In this document: piece by piece, positions 9,118 to 18,658 of the stretch
How the letters are laid out: each line of letters opens with the position of its first letter
Numbering within the stretch: position 1 is the first letter of the stretch
Source: an uncultured delta proteobacterium
GTDB lineage: Bacteria > Myxococcota > Kuafuiibacteriia > Kuafuiibacteriales > Kuafuiibacteriaceae
Direction of reading: 5' to 3'
Assembly: GCA_963803435.1 (NCBI GenBank)
Contig: CAWDML010000003.1
Coordinates: forward strand, 64,001-128,000
DNA: 64,000 nucleotides
Made by a program: the position numbers and the translations under genes
The notes under the pieces: generated by a model
What the model saw: only the letters and a program-made list of their open reading frames with translations
Told to the model about the DNA's origin: nothing
The model's database searches: none

Positions 9118-9680
9118 TTTGTGATGATCGGCCGGCGGACGCTGCCGCCCTCGGGATCGCCGCTGCCTTCCAGCTCCTTCGGCAGCGGCCAGACGGCCAC
9201 CGGCATCTTGAGCTGGGCCGAGACGTCGTGACCCTCGGCGGTCCGGCCCTTCACCCTCAGCTGGTAGATCCCATTCTGCGTGGGCGTGAAGTGGAGGGCG
9301 TACTTACCCGCCGAGAGCGGCACGGGGTGAGCGAGGTACCGGCCCACCATCTCGCCGGCCGGGTTCGTGACCTCGAGGATCAAGCGCGCGTCCTTGAGGG
9401 GCACGCGCGTCCCGTACGTCGGGTGTGGCGTCTTCGGGATGGAGTTGGCGAAGATCAGGATCTCGGTGGTCTGGTTGGGATCCGGGATCCCAGGGGCGAA
9501 GCTCAGCGAGAACGCGTGGGTCTTGGTGGTGACCGACCAGTTCCGCGTGGCCGGCTTGGCCGTCTCCTTCTTCGCGTCGGGGTTGTCCGCGAAGGGCGGC
9601 TTCTTCTTGTCGTCACCCTCACCGGCCCCCATCAACAGGAGCGCGCCCAGGACCACGGAAGCGATGCGTGCGAGCGACAT
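9114..9680 (-). CDS. Exported hypothetical protein (Ig-like, possibly YtkA/FixH-like)
   Basis: Signal peptide, AGKYALHFTPTQNGIYQLRV. Overlaps the downstream gene by 4 nt. Confidence 0.65.
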   Translation of the reverse strand: MSLARIASVVLGALLLMGAGEGDDKKKPPFADNPDAKKETAKPATRNWSVTTKTHAFSLSFAPGIPDPNQTTEILIFANSIPKTPHPTYGTRVPLKDARLILEVTNPAGEMVGRYLAHPVPLSAGKYALHFTPTQNGIYQLRVKGRTAEGHDVSAQLKMPVAVWPLPKELEGSGDPEGGSVRRPIITK

Positions 9681-9695
9681 GAATCCTCCTCCTGC

Positions 9696-10634
9696 TCAGT
9701 TGCAGGTGCCGCGTTCGGCCTCCATCTGGATGCGCATGTCGAAGTTCTCGACGGTGCGCGCCAGACCGAACGGACGGCCGTTCACGAAGAGTCCGGGGGT
9801 CGACTCGACACCGACCGACTCTCCGAGCTTCTTGTTCTGCATGACCTTGTCCCGGTGCGTGCGGTTCTCCATCGCCTTGTTGAAGGCCTGCATGTCGAGG
9901 CCGACCTTCTGGGCGTATTCGCCGAGGTTGGTCTCGGAGACGTCGAACTGGTTGTCGAAGAGCTCCTTTGCCATGTCCCAGAACTTCCCCTGCCGGCGGG
10001 CCTCCTCGGCCGCCTCGGCGGCGCGCACCGACACCTCGCCGTGGCCCGAGAGCGGGAAGTAGAAGTACTCCAGCCGGACGTCGCTGCGCCGCTGCAGCAG
10101 CGCGTCGAGCACCTCGAACGCCCCTGCGCAGTGCGGGCATTTGAAGTCCGCGAACTCGACAATCGTCACCGGCGCGTGCTCGGGTCCCTTGGCCGGCTGG
10201 TCGGTACCCTCGAGCTTCTTCGGGGGGCCGTTGAAGCCCTCGGAGAAGCCGCCCAGGATCTCGGCCTCCACGTCCTCGGTGGACGCGCCGTTCCTGTACT
10301 CGTTCATGACGAACCCGGCCATGCGCTCGGAGCAGTGGACGCACGAGCAGTCGCTGCGATTCGCCAGGCACGAGGCGACGGTCCGAGGACAGCCGCAGTA
10401 GCAGTAGGTGTCGTTGAGGATCCGGACCGCGTCGGTGCGGACCGTGGGGTCGAGCTCGCCGAGGTCGAGGCCGGGAATGTCGGTGACCGCCGGCTCGTCC
10501 TTGACCTCCGGGCTCGGCTTCGCCTTCGGCTTCGGGTCGGCGGAAGCCTCGTGTTAGGAATCGCTGTTTCGGCAGGTCGCCCCCATGACGGAGAGTCCGA
10601 GGAGCGCGACGAAGAGCGTGGGCCGAGCCGTCAT
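9696..10634 (-). pseudogene. DsbA/thioredoxin-fold lipoprotein with Cys-rich N-domain, interrupted by an in-frame TAA at 10554-10556
   Basis: Lipoprotein-type signal MTARP..GATC. The same frame continues past the TAA through CYCGC..C..CSCVHC into EFADFKCPHC and STPGLFVNG. Confidence 0.8.
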
Positions 10635-10647
10635 GGTTGGTCCCTGC

Positions 10648-11553
10648 CTAACCAGACGCTCGGGCCTGGTCAATTCTTCTTGGGTCTCGCTGTGCGCGGA
10701 GACCGCTCGGTCCACGCCGTGACCCAATCCAGCGACGAACCTCGGGATCCCGGCGCAGCGCCTCGAGATCGTCGTCCTCCACCGCCAGGGCCCGATAACG
10801 CGTCCAATCGATGCCGAGCGCAATCTGGAGCTCACCCTTGGCACGCGCGATCTGCCCCATCCGCGCATGGAGGCACGCGAGGTTGTAGAACGCATCTCCG
10901 GAGGACGGGGAGACGGCGACCGCCCGCTCCAGGATCTCGACGGCCGCCTCGAGCTCGCCCCGACGGACCCGCTCGAGCGCCTCGAGGTTCATGAGGTCGG
11001 CGCGCGTGCGGGCCAGATCGATCAACTGGAGCCCGCTCCGCTCACTTTGCGCGTAGGACACCACGAGCGTCGACGTGTTCGGGACGAGGTAGAGGGGTCC
11101 GACCTGGACGGTGGCGAGCGCCGGCATCCGCCAGATGACGATGGATTGGTTCACGCGCCGCGCCTCGAGCTGGACCAGACGCCGGCCGCCGAGCGGCGAC
11201 TGATCTCCGCGAACCAGCTCGAGGTCACCCACCCGCCAGCGATCGCCCTCCTGTGCGAGCGCGGTCGGCGCCTGAACGCCCAGCGCATCCGCGCGCTGCT
11301 TCACCCATCGCGACGCAGAGGGCGCTCGTGCGCGATCGATCACTGCAGCCGATGCACGATCTCGAGACACTCGGCGGAGGATCGCTTCGCCGTCGGTCAT
11401 CGTCTCGAGCACCAGAAGGTCGCCGCGCGGGAGAAAGCCGACCAGGCTGGTCGAATGGAGCGGCGCCGCCGGATACGGCCCTGCCGCAGGGGCCAGTGTC
11501 ATCATGATCAGCAGAGCGGTGGCCATCGACGCTACACGGGCGTCCAGGCTCAT
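10648..11553 (-). CDS. Exported TPR-domain protein
   Basis: AFYNLACLHARMG...ALAVEDDDLEALR C-terminal TPR. Confidence 0.75.
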   Translation of the reverse strand: MSLDARVASMATALLIMMTLAPAAGPYPAAPLHSTSLVGFLPRGDLLVLETMTDGEAILRRVSRDRASAAVIDRARAPSASRWVKQRADALGVQAPTALAQEGDRWRVGDLELVRGDQSPLGGRRLVQLEARRVNQSIVIWRMPALATVQVGPLYLVPNTSTLVVSYAQSERSGLQLIDLARTRADLMNLEALERVRRGELEAAVEILERAVAVSPSSGDAFYNLACLHARMGQIARAKGELQIALGIDWTRYRALAVEDDDLEALRRDPEVRRWIGSRRGPSGLRAQRDPRRIDQARASG

Positions 11554-11615
11554 ACCCGGAACGCTTCAGGGTGGCGACCGATATCGGCATGGTCTAGCAT
11601 CGAGCACACGGTCTT

Positions 11616-12544
11616 ATGGCGTTCGACGAGCCCCTCGACGACGAGACCAGCGCCGACGAGGACAAAACGATGGTGCATCGGGTGGACCCGATCACGCCGG
11701 AGGAGCCTGCGGATCGCTCGGCCGCGCTCATCTGTATCAGCGGTCGATCGATCGGCCAGATGTTCCTGCTCTCCAAAGAGGAGACGACCATCGGACGGGC
11801 ACCGGAGTGCGACGTCTTCCTCGACGACGAGGGCGTCTCGCGACACCACGCCAAGATCATCCGCCAGGACGAAACGCTGATCCTGATGGACCTCGGCTCG
11901 ACCAACGGCTCCTATCACGAGGGCGAGCGGATCCGGTGATGACGCTGAGCGACGGCGCCAAGGTTCAGCTCGGCACCGCCACGATTCTCCAGTTCCGCTA
12001 CCAGGACCAGCGCGAGATGCAGTTCCACGCGCTGATGCAGACCTTCAAGACGCACGACCCCATGACGGAGGCCTACAACAAGCGGGCCTTCATGACGGAG
12101 ATCGAGAAGGAAGCCGGCTTTGCCCGGCGACACGGGCAGCCGCTCTCGTTGATCATGTTCGACCTCGACCACTTCAAGCGGGTCAACGACACCTACGGGC
12201 ATCAGGCCGGGGATCTGGTGCTCCGCTCGGTGGCGCGATCGGTCATGCGGACGATCCGCAAGGAGGACATCTTCGCGCGCTACGGGGGCGAGGAGTTCGC
12301 GCTGCTCTGCCGCAACACCACGATCGAGAACGCCTTCATCCTGAGCGAGCGCATCCGCCGCAACATCGAAGAGCTCGAGGTCACCCACAACGGTCGCAGG
12401 ATCCCCTGCACCGTCTCGCTCGGGGTGGCGTCGCTCGACGACTCGGTGACCCGTCCGAGCGATCTGATCGAAGGCGCGGATCAGCGCCTGTATCAGGCCA
12501 AGCGCAAGGGCCGAAACCGCACCGAGTGCGGCCTGTTCGACTGA
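11616..12544 (+). pseudogene. FHA-GGDEF diguanylate cyclase, frameshifted near 11935
   Basis: FHA (IGR..VSRHHA..DLGSTNG) ends at 11939. The rest of the FHA (LSDGAKVQLG) and the GGDEF domain (DLDHFKRVND, RKED..RYGGEEF) continue in another frame. Confidence 0.85.
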
Positions 12545-12546
12545 CG

Positions 12547-13719
12547 TTAGCGACACACGTCGTTGCCGTTGGTGCCGGGCTGGCAGGTGCCGCTGGCGCA
12601 GTCGGCGTCGCTGGTGCACCAGACCACGCACTGCGCAGCGCCGCCGGCCGAGGCCGTCTCGCAGCGGGCGTCCTGGAGGCCGTCGATGCCGCAGCCCGGG
12701 TCGAGATCGCCCGGATCGAGCCGGCAGGCCTCGCCGAGGTGGCGGGTAGCGGCGCAGGTCGGGTTCGGCATCGCGTAGCTGGGACGGCACTGCATCTCGC
12801 CGTTTCTCACCGCCACACACGCGAAGCCGCTCGGGCAGACGTTCGAGGCGGCCGAGCAGTCGATCGCGCAGGAGCGATCGATGAGTCCGCCCGCTCCGAT
12901 CATCCCGATACAGAGATCGGCGGGACCCCCGCATTGCTCGTCGGTCGCGCAGGGATCGCAGAGCTCGCGCCCCAGCGGCGGAAGGCAGGTCCCGCCGCCG
13001 AGCGGGTTGCACACCTCGGCGGAGGCGCAGTCGCCGTCGCTGATACAGCCGGTGCAGACGCCGCCGGCCGCAACGTTGCAGAGATGGTGCTCCGGGTTGA
13101 GCGTGCAGTCGGCGTCCCCGGCGCACTGGACGCAGGTCGCCGAGCTCGCGTCGCAGATCTGACCGGGGCCGCAGTCCGTGTCCGCCAGGCACTGGACGCA
13201 GACGTCCTCGACGGGGTCGCAGACGCCGACCAGACCGCACTGTCCGTTGGTACACGGGAAGCGACAGACGTGGCCGTGCGTGAGGTCGCAGACCCGCTGG
13301 CCGGCGCAGTGGGTGTCGTCGTAGCAGTCGACGCAGGTGAGCGATTGGGGATCGCAGTGGCCGTTGAAGCCGCAGTCGCCGTCGGTTGTGCACTCGGGTG
13401 TGCCGCCGTCGGGGGTCGGGCCGGCGTCGGGCAGGATCCCGCCGTCATCGGCAGGGAGGCCGGCGTCGGGGCTCGTGGAGGTGGCTGCGTCGTTCAGGGT
13501 GGCGTCCATGATCGGGAGCGCGTCCATGGGGCCACCGTCGGGCGGATCATCGTGCTGGCCGGTGTCGGCGATGTCGGCGTCCTTCTCGAGCGGGCTGGCG
13601 TCGGCGTTGTTGCCGGGCATCGCGTCGTCGTCCGATGCATCCGCCCGATCGAGGCCGAAGACCTCACCGCGACCGCAAGCGGTGAGGAGCAGGAGCAGCG
13701 TCCATCCGTACCGGGTCAC
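12547..13719 (-). CDS. Cys-rich repeat surface lipoprotein
   Basis: Lipobox LLTAC, acidic DA-rich linker, many C-x-x-D-x-[DH]-C repeats. Confidence 0.85.
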   Translation of the reverse strand: MTRYGWTLLLLLTACGRGEVFGLDRADASDDDAMPGNNADASPLEKDADIADTGQHDDPPDGGPMDALPIMDATLNDAATSTSPDAGLPADDGGILPDAGPTPDGGTPECTTDGDCGFNGHCDPQSLTCVDCYDDTHCAGQRVCDLTHGHVCRFPCTNGQCGLVGVCDPVEDVCVQCLADTDCGPGQICDASSATCVQCAGDADCTLNPEHHLCNVAAGGVCTGCISDGDCASAEVCNPLGGGTCLPPLGRELCDPCATDEQCGGPADLCIGMIGAGGLIDRSCAIDCSAASNVCPSGFACVAVRNGEMQCRPSYAMPNPTCAATRHLGEACRLDPGDLDPGCGIDGLQDARCETASAGGAAQCVVWCTSDADCASGTCQPGTNGNDVCR

Positions 13720-13773
13720 GCCATCGAGTTGCCCACCGAAACCCGCCGGAGGCCATCCTCGACTCGACGGAGC

Positions 13774-15435
13774 CTACGTGCGGATCGCGTCGACCTCGCC
13801 AGTTTCGAGCATGTTGTGGGGATCCGCAGTGTCGGTCTCGGGGAAGCGCGCCAGGGGATCGATGGGCTGACCGGAGGCGTCCCGCGGGAGCACCGCGTTG
13901 AATACGGTGGTCAGCAGCTTGTTGTGCGAGGTGGTCCCGTCGATCCAGCCGATGTCGAGATCGTAGACGTTCGCAGGGGTGTCGTTCGTCTTGATCTTGG
14001 GTCCGTTCGTCTCCGCATCGAGGCGATCGTCCCAGCGCCCGTTCGAGGAGCAGTCGAACATCTGTCCAGAGCGGAGGTAGCCGCCCGCGGTCCCGGCCAG
14101 CACGGCCGTGATCTCGATGAAGTGATGCTGCCGGCCGTCGCCGAACTCGGGCATCCAGACCACCACGCTGTCGTCGAGGAGCTGAAACTGATCGAGGAGC
14201 TGAACCAGATCGCGATAGCGGTCGCCGTACCAGTTGTCGATCCAGGACATGTTGCGCTCGACGTCCGGAAGGAAGCCGGGCTCCGCGCCGTCGCTGCCGT
14301 TCCGGTGGGAGAGCTCGTGGTGGCGCTCGCCCGGATGCCAGGTGCCGGGACCCGCGCCGGTCGAGTTGAGGCCCATCGAGCCGAACGCCGGACCGCCGGC
14401 GCCACCCGACCACTGGATCGTGGCGACCCGCGTGTGATCGCACAGGAAGGACAGCGCGATGATCTTCAGCATGGCGCCGCCGATGGCCGCGAAGTCCTCG
14501 TAGCGCCCCAGCTGGTCGTTCGAGCTGCCGTTGTAGGCGCTGACGCCGCCCTCTGGGAGCACACCGTCGCGCGCCTCGGCGGTGCACATCAGGTTCATGC
14601 CCTTCATCTCGTCTTCGGTCGACTCGAGCAGGCCGAGCCAGCTCGTGAGCAAGCGCCGATCGGATCCGCCCAGGGGCGCGCTCGTCTGGATCTCGGTCAG
14701 CTCCGCGCGCACGAGATCGGCGACTCGCTTCTTCCGCTTGACCAGATAGTCCTCGGCCGGCGAGCCGGAGCTGATCCCCATCAGACGCCGGTACGCCACC
14801 CACGGGTTGTTGATCCCCGGATCCGGATCCTCGGCCCCGCGGTAGCTGATGAAGCTGGTGCCATCGCCGTTGCGCGGGTCGGCGTTGGTGCCCACGTGGA
14901 TCACCAGCGGGATGCGCGCGCCGTCGACGACCGGGTTGATCCGATCGGCGATCGCGTAGTCGATCGACCTGCCGAGCGCCAATCCTGGGCCGGTGCCGAT
15001 CCCGGCCGCCGTCAGCCGGCAAGCCGTGTTCATGCCGTGGTCACCACCGCCGGCGAGGTCGACGAAGCCCTGGCGCGAGTTGCGGAAGCCGCGGAGCACC
15101 GAGAGGCGCTGGGCGAACGGGGCCAGGTTCCGGAGCCCCCACTCGGGGTGGCGGAAGATCGCGCGCGGCACGCCGTTGGTCAGATCGGTCGAGGTGTCGA
15201 GGGCCCGGGCCACGAAGGCGTCGGAGCTCAGGGGGCCGAACGCCGAGCTGCCGCCGCCGAAGCGGGTCCTCGGGTAGAACGTGCTCAGGTTGAAGCCGTT
15301 GGGCGTCCAGAAGAACACGGCCCGTCGGATCGGATCCATCGCCTGGGCGCGCGCGCGCGCGGCGAACATCGAGAGCGCCGGCAGGCCGACCAGCGCGCCG
15401 CCGACACCTTTGAGAAATCTCCTCCGACCGATCAT
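13774..15435 (-). CDS. Tat-exported DUF1552 family protein
   Basis: GRRRFLKG..LPAL Tat motif, FFWTPNG, CDHTRVATIQW, HHELSH, LLDDSVVVWMPEFGDG. Confidence 0.85.
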   Translation of the reverse strand: MIGRRRFLKGVGGALVGLPALSMFAARARAQAMDPIRRAVFFWTPNGFNLSTFYPRTRFGGGSSAFGPLSSDAFVARALDTSTDLTNGVPRAIFRHPEWGLRNLAPFAQRLSVLRGFRNSRQGFVDLAGGGDHGMNTACRLTAAGIGTGPGLALGRSIDYAIADRINPVVDGARIPLVIHVGTNADPRNGDGTSFISYRGAEDPDPGINNPWVAYRRLMGISSGSPAEDYLVKRKKRVADLVRAELTEIQTSAPLGGSDRRLLTSWLGLLESTEDEMKGMNLMCTAEARDGVLPEGGVSAYNGSSNDQLGRYEDFAAIGGAMLKIIALSFLCDHTRVATIQWSGGAGGPAFGSMGLNSTGAGPGTWHPGERHHELSHRNGSDGAEPGFLPDVERNMSWIDNWYGDRYRDLVQLLDQFQLLDDSVVVWMPEFGDGRQHHFIEITAVLAGTAGGYLRSGQMFDCSSNGRWDDRLDAETNGPKIKTNDTPANVYDLDIGWIDGTTSHNKLLTTVFNAVLPRDASGQPIDPLARFPETDTADPHNMLETGEVDAIRT

Positions 15436-17102
15436 TCTGCCTCCTGCATCGAGCGATAGCGGAACGCGTCGCTGGCGACGAACGCCACCATGAAGTCTTT
15501 GATCGAGGTCCCTGGCGTCCGCAGCTGCGCCGCCAGCGCCTCGCCTTCACAGCCGAGCTCGATCGAGCCGTCGGCAAACGTGAAGTCCGCGAACCGATCC
15601 ACGTAACATTCGGACGCGGTCTTCGAGGCGGCCAGCATCTCGGCGTACTGCCTCGGTCCGTCGTACGGATGGGCCTCGCCGTCGAGATAGATGGCGCCGG
15701 TCGGATCGATCGGCGCTCCGTTCTCCTCGGCGCGCGCCTGTCCGATGCCGTCGAAGAGCTCGAAGCCGTAGCCCGCGGGATTGATCAGCTCGTGGTGACA
15801 GCCGGTACACGCGGGCGCCGAGGTCATCGCGTCGATGCGTTCCCGCGTGGTCACCAGGTCGGCGCTGGCGTCGGGGAGCGGGGTCGCCTCGGCGCCGGGC
15901 GGCGGCGTGCCGATGTTCATGCAGAGCACCCGCTTCAACACGAACGCGCCGCGGAAGATCAGCGAGCCGCGGGAGAAGCGCCCGTGCGTGCCCAGGAAGC
16001 CGGCGCGCGTGAGGAGGCCGGGCCGCGTCGCGGCGTCGAGGGTCACCGGGACCCACTCGTCGGTGAAGTCGCCCTCGAGCCCGTAGATGGGAGCGAGCTT
16101 CGCGTTCACCACCGAGGTGGGCGAGGTGAAGAGATCGGCGAAGCCGCCGTCATCGTCGAACACGATCCGATCCGCGAACCGGAGCACCTCCTCGCGGAAG
16201 TCGACGTCGATCCCCGGATAGAACTCGGGGAAGAGCGAGGTGTCGCGCTGCGTGTTCGACCAGAACTGCGAGTAGGCGCCCACCATGCCGAGCCACTCCC
16301 GGTTGGCCTCGCGAACCAGCGGGCGGGCGCGCTCGGCGCCCTCGCCGGCGAGCATGCGCATCGCCTGGGCGCGCAGCCCCTCCACCGTGTCGAGGTCGCC
16401 GCGCTCGGCCGCCGCCAGGAGCACGTCGTCCGGAGGCCCGTTCCAGAGGGCATAGGAGAGGCGCGAGCCCAGCTCGTACCCCGACAGGAGGATGTGGCCG
16501 TTCTCGGTGGCGGTGCTCCGCTCCACCCGGAGGAGGAAGCTCGGCGACTGCAGGAACGCCTCGATCAGGAGCTGGATCCCCTCCTCGAACGTACCGCCCG
16601 CCGTGAGCTCCGCACGATCGGTGTAGAGCGCCGCGTAACGATCGACCTCCGCGTCGGCCAGCGGACGGCGATACGCGCGCCGCCCGAACTCCACGATGAA
16701 GGTCCGCGCGCAGGCCGAGCCGTCCCCCGAAGGCTGACAGGAGAGGAGGGCGCTCAGGTCAGCGCCGGCCGCCACGCTCTCGGCCGCCGACTCGACGCCG
16801 GCCCACAACACGGGCGTGATGCCGTCGACCTCGGGTCCCAGCTCGGCGGAAGGATGGACCTCCATCCCCATGAGGTCGCTGACGGTTCGGTCGTACTGCG
16901 CAAAGGTGAGGCGTCTCAGCCGCGGTGTCACCGGTGGTCCACGTTCCACGCACGGCGTGTTCGGATCATCTGGGTTCTGAGGATCCTGGGGATCGTGGGG
17001 TACCGCCAGGTTGGTCGGCTTGTCGTTCGACGCCGGCACACACCCAGTGCCCAGCGCCGTCAGGGCGAGCGAGGTGGCGAGGACGATCGAAGAGCGAGAC
17101 AT
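15432..17102 (-). CDS. DUF1587/1595/1592/1588/1585 (PSCyt-associated) lipoprotein
   Basis: LRRLT..QYDRTVSDL, FGRRAYRRPL, LQSPSFL, LSY.LW..PPD, C-terminal CTGCH. Start set at MSRSS. Confidence 0.88.
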   Translation of the reverse strand: MSRSSIVLATSLALTALGTGCVPASNDKPTNLAVPHDPQDPQNPDDPNTPCVERGPPVTPRLRRLTFAQYDRTVSDLMGMEVHPSAELGPEVDGITPVLWAGVESAAESVAAGADLSALLSCQPSGDGSACARTFIVEFGRRAYRRPLADAEVDRYAALYTDRAELTAGGTFEEGIQLLIEAFLQSPSFLLRVERSTATENGHILLSGYELGSRLSYALWNGPPDDVLLAAAERGDLDTVEGLRAQAMRMLAGEGAERARPLVREANREWLGMVGAYSQFWSNTQRDTSLFPEFYPGIDVDFREEVLRFADRIVFDDDGGFADLFTSPTSVVNAKLAPIYGLEGDFTDEWVPVTLDAATRPGLLTRAGFLGTHGRFSRGSLIFRGAFVLKRVLCMNIGTPPPGAEATPLPDASADLVTTRERIDAMTSAPACTGCHHELINPAGYGFELFDGIGQARAEENGAPIDPTGAIYLDGEAHPYDGPRQYAEMLAASKTASECYVDRFADFTFADGSIELGCEGEALAAQLRTPGTSIKDFMVAFVASDAFRYRSMQEAE

Positions 17103-17212
17103 GGATGACAAGGGTACCGCGCGAAAGCGCGCAGCTCGATGTGAACGCCGGGCGGGAGCTGTGGGCGCGGTCATGCTCCGAGAGATCCCGGGTGCGGTGG
17201 ACACGGAGGGCG

Positions 17213-17770
17213 ATGCTCATTCCAACGCTCGTCGCACTCACGATGCTTTCTCCGGCCGCCCGCAAAGGTTGGGCGGAAAATCACCCGATCGCGCTGGGGT
17301 CTCGAGCCTCCGGGTGGGTGGGCGATTACTCCGCACCCGGTCTCGGCGGCCACCTCAAGATCCGGCCCTTCGAGTGGGTGGGCGTGGAGGCCTTCGCGGA
17401 CAACTTCGCGATGTCGGCCCACGACACGTTCCGCCACGACCACGTGATCGGCTTCAGCCTCTTCTTTCCCAGCCTGCTCGGGAGCCGGAGCTTCTTCGTC
17501 TCGCCGACGCTCGGCAGCTGCGTCGACTTCAAGTTCCTTCACCCGCTCGACGGCGAGCGGCCCAAGACGCGCGACATCCTCTTCGGCGTCCACGGCGGCC
17601 TGATGTCCGAGCTGTTCCTCTGGCACGGCTTCGCGATCGAGCTGGACGCGACGGTCTACGCGTACATCGGGCACGACACCGGGACCGAGCGCTGGACCTC
17701 GCGGATCTCCAACAACTTCGAGGTGAGCTGGAACGGGCTGTTCCTGGGGAGCATCAACTATTGGTTCTGA
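17213..17770 (+). CDS. Exported hypothetical protein, probable small outer-membrane beta-barrel
   Basis: Signal peptide, amphipathic strands, C-terminal NYWF. Confidence 0.65.
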   Translation: MLIPTLVALTMLSPAARKGWAENHPIALGSRASGWVGDYSAPGLGGHLKIRPFEWVGVEAFADNFAMSAHDTFRHDHVIGFSLFFPSLLGSRSFFVSPTLGSCVDFKFLHPLDGERPKTRDILFGVHGGLMSELFLWHGFAIELDATVYAYIGHDTGTERWTSRISNNFEVSWNGLFLGSINYWF

Positions 17771-18633
17771 GAGCGGCACCCTTGGCCCTGCTCGTGGCCT
17801 GCGCTCCGCTCGACGGCGCGAGCGTGGCCGAGCTCGCCGACGCGTGCGCCGGCTGTCACGTCGAGGAGGCGGAGGCGCACGCGGACTCACGGCACGCCGG
17901 CGCCGCGGAATCCGAGGTGTTCAGGGCGCTCCGCGCGCGGGCCGGCACCACGTTCTGCGACTCCTGCCACCGACAGATCACGTGCCTCGACTGCCACTCC
18001 GCCGTCGGAAACGAGGCCGTCCAGAACGGACGGATGCTCTTCGACACCGGCGGTCCGGTGCGCGGGCCCACCGGCGCGCGCTCGGCGGCGCCGCACGCGA
18101 CGCGGCGCTCGGGCTACCTGCTCAGCTCCGACCTCTGCGGGACGTGCCACCAGGTCGCGGGGCCGGCGGGCTTCCGGGAGACGCCGTTCACACACTGGAT
18201 GTCGTCGCCGGCCGCCGCGCGCAACCTGGGTTGCAGGGACTGTCACCGCACGCACCGGCGATCCGTCGATCTCGACGCCGGCGCACACATCGCCGTGGCG
18301 GGTGGCGCGCTGACGATCGATCACTCGGAGGGCGGTCATCACTTCCCCGACGGCGCCTCGTTCCTTCGCGACTTCGACGTCGTGCTCCGGCGCGAGGGCG
18401 CCGAGGTGGCCCGCTTCTCACTGGGTGCGGAGCTCTTTCTCGGGGAGACGCCCGTCGTGCTCCCGACCGACGCCGACCGTGTAGTCCTCCGCGGGATCGA
18501 GGCCGGCACGTCCCGCACGGAGGTCGTCCCCGAGGCGGATCAGGCCTGCCTGGAGGTCCGGCGCTATCGCCTCGAATCTTCTCGAGTCCCTGGGGCTGGA
18601 TCCGGCGCTCGGCGAGGTGCAGTCGCGCTGTGA
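17761..18633 (+). CDS. Pentaheme c-type cytochrome lipoprotein (possible 3' frameshift near 18577)
   Basis: Lipobox LLVAC. Heme motifs CAGCH, CDSCH, CLDCH, CGTCH, CRDCH, then GHHFPDG. Confidence 0.8.
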   Translation: MVLRAAPLALLVACAPLDGASVAELADACAGCHVEEAEAHADSRHAGAAESEVFRALRARAGTTFCDSCHRQITCLDCHSAVGNEAVQNGRMLFDTGGPVRGPTGARSAAPHATRRSGYLLSSDLCGTCHQVAGPAGFRETPFTHWMSSPAAARNLGCRDCHRTHRRSVDLDAGAHIAVAGGALTIDHSEGGHHFPDGASFLRDFDVVLRREGAEVARFSLGAELFLGETPVVLPTDADRVVLRGIEAGTSRTEVVPEADQACLEVRRYRLESSRVPGAGSGARRGAVAL

Positions 18634-18658
18634 GCCCGTGATATGGTGACTCCCGGCC

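Noticed and set aside
10554-10556. Selenocysteine or pyrrolysine recoding
   Set aside because: The codon is TAA, not TGA or TAG, and lies in a low-complexity linker.
12526-15459. 977-aa plus-strand ORF
   Set aside because: Antisense shadow of the Cys-rich and DUF1552 genes, typical of high-GC DNA.
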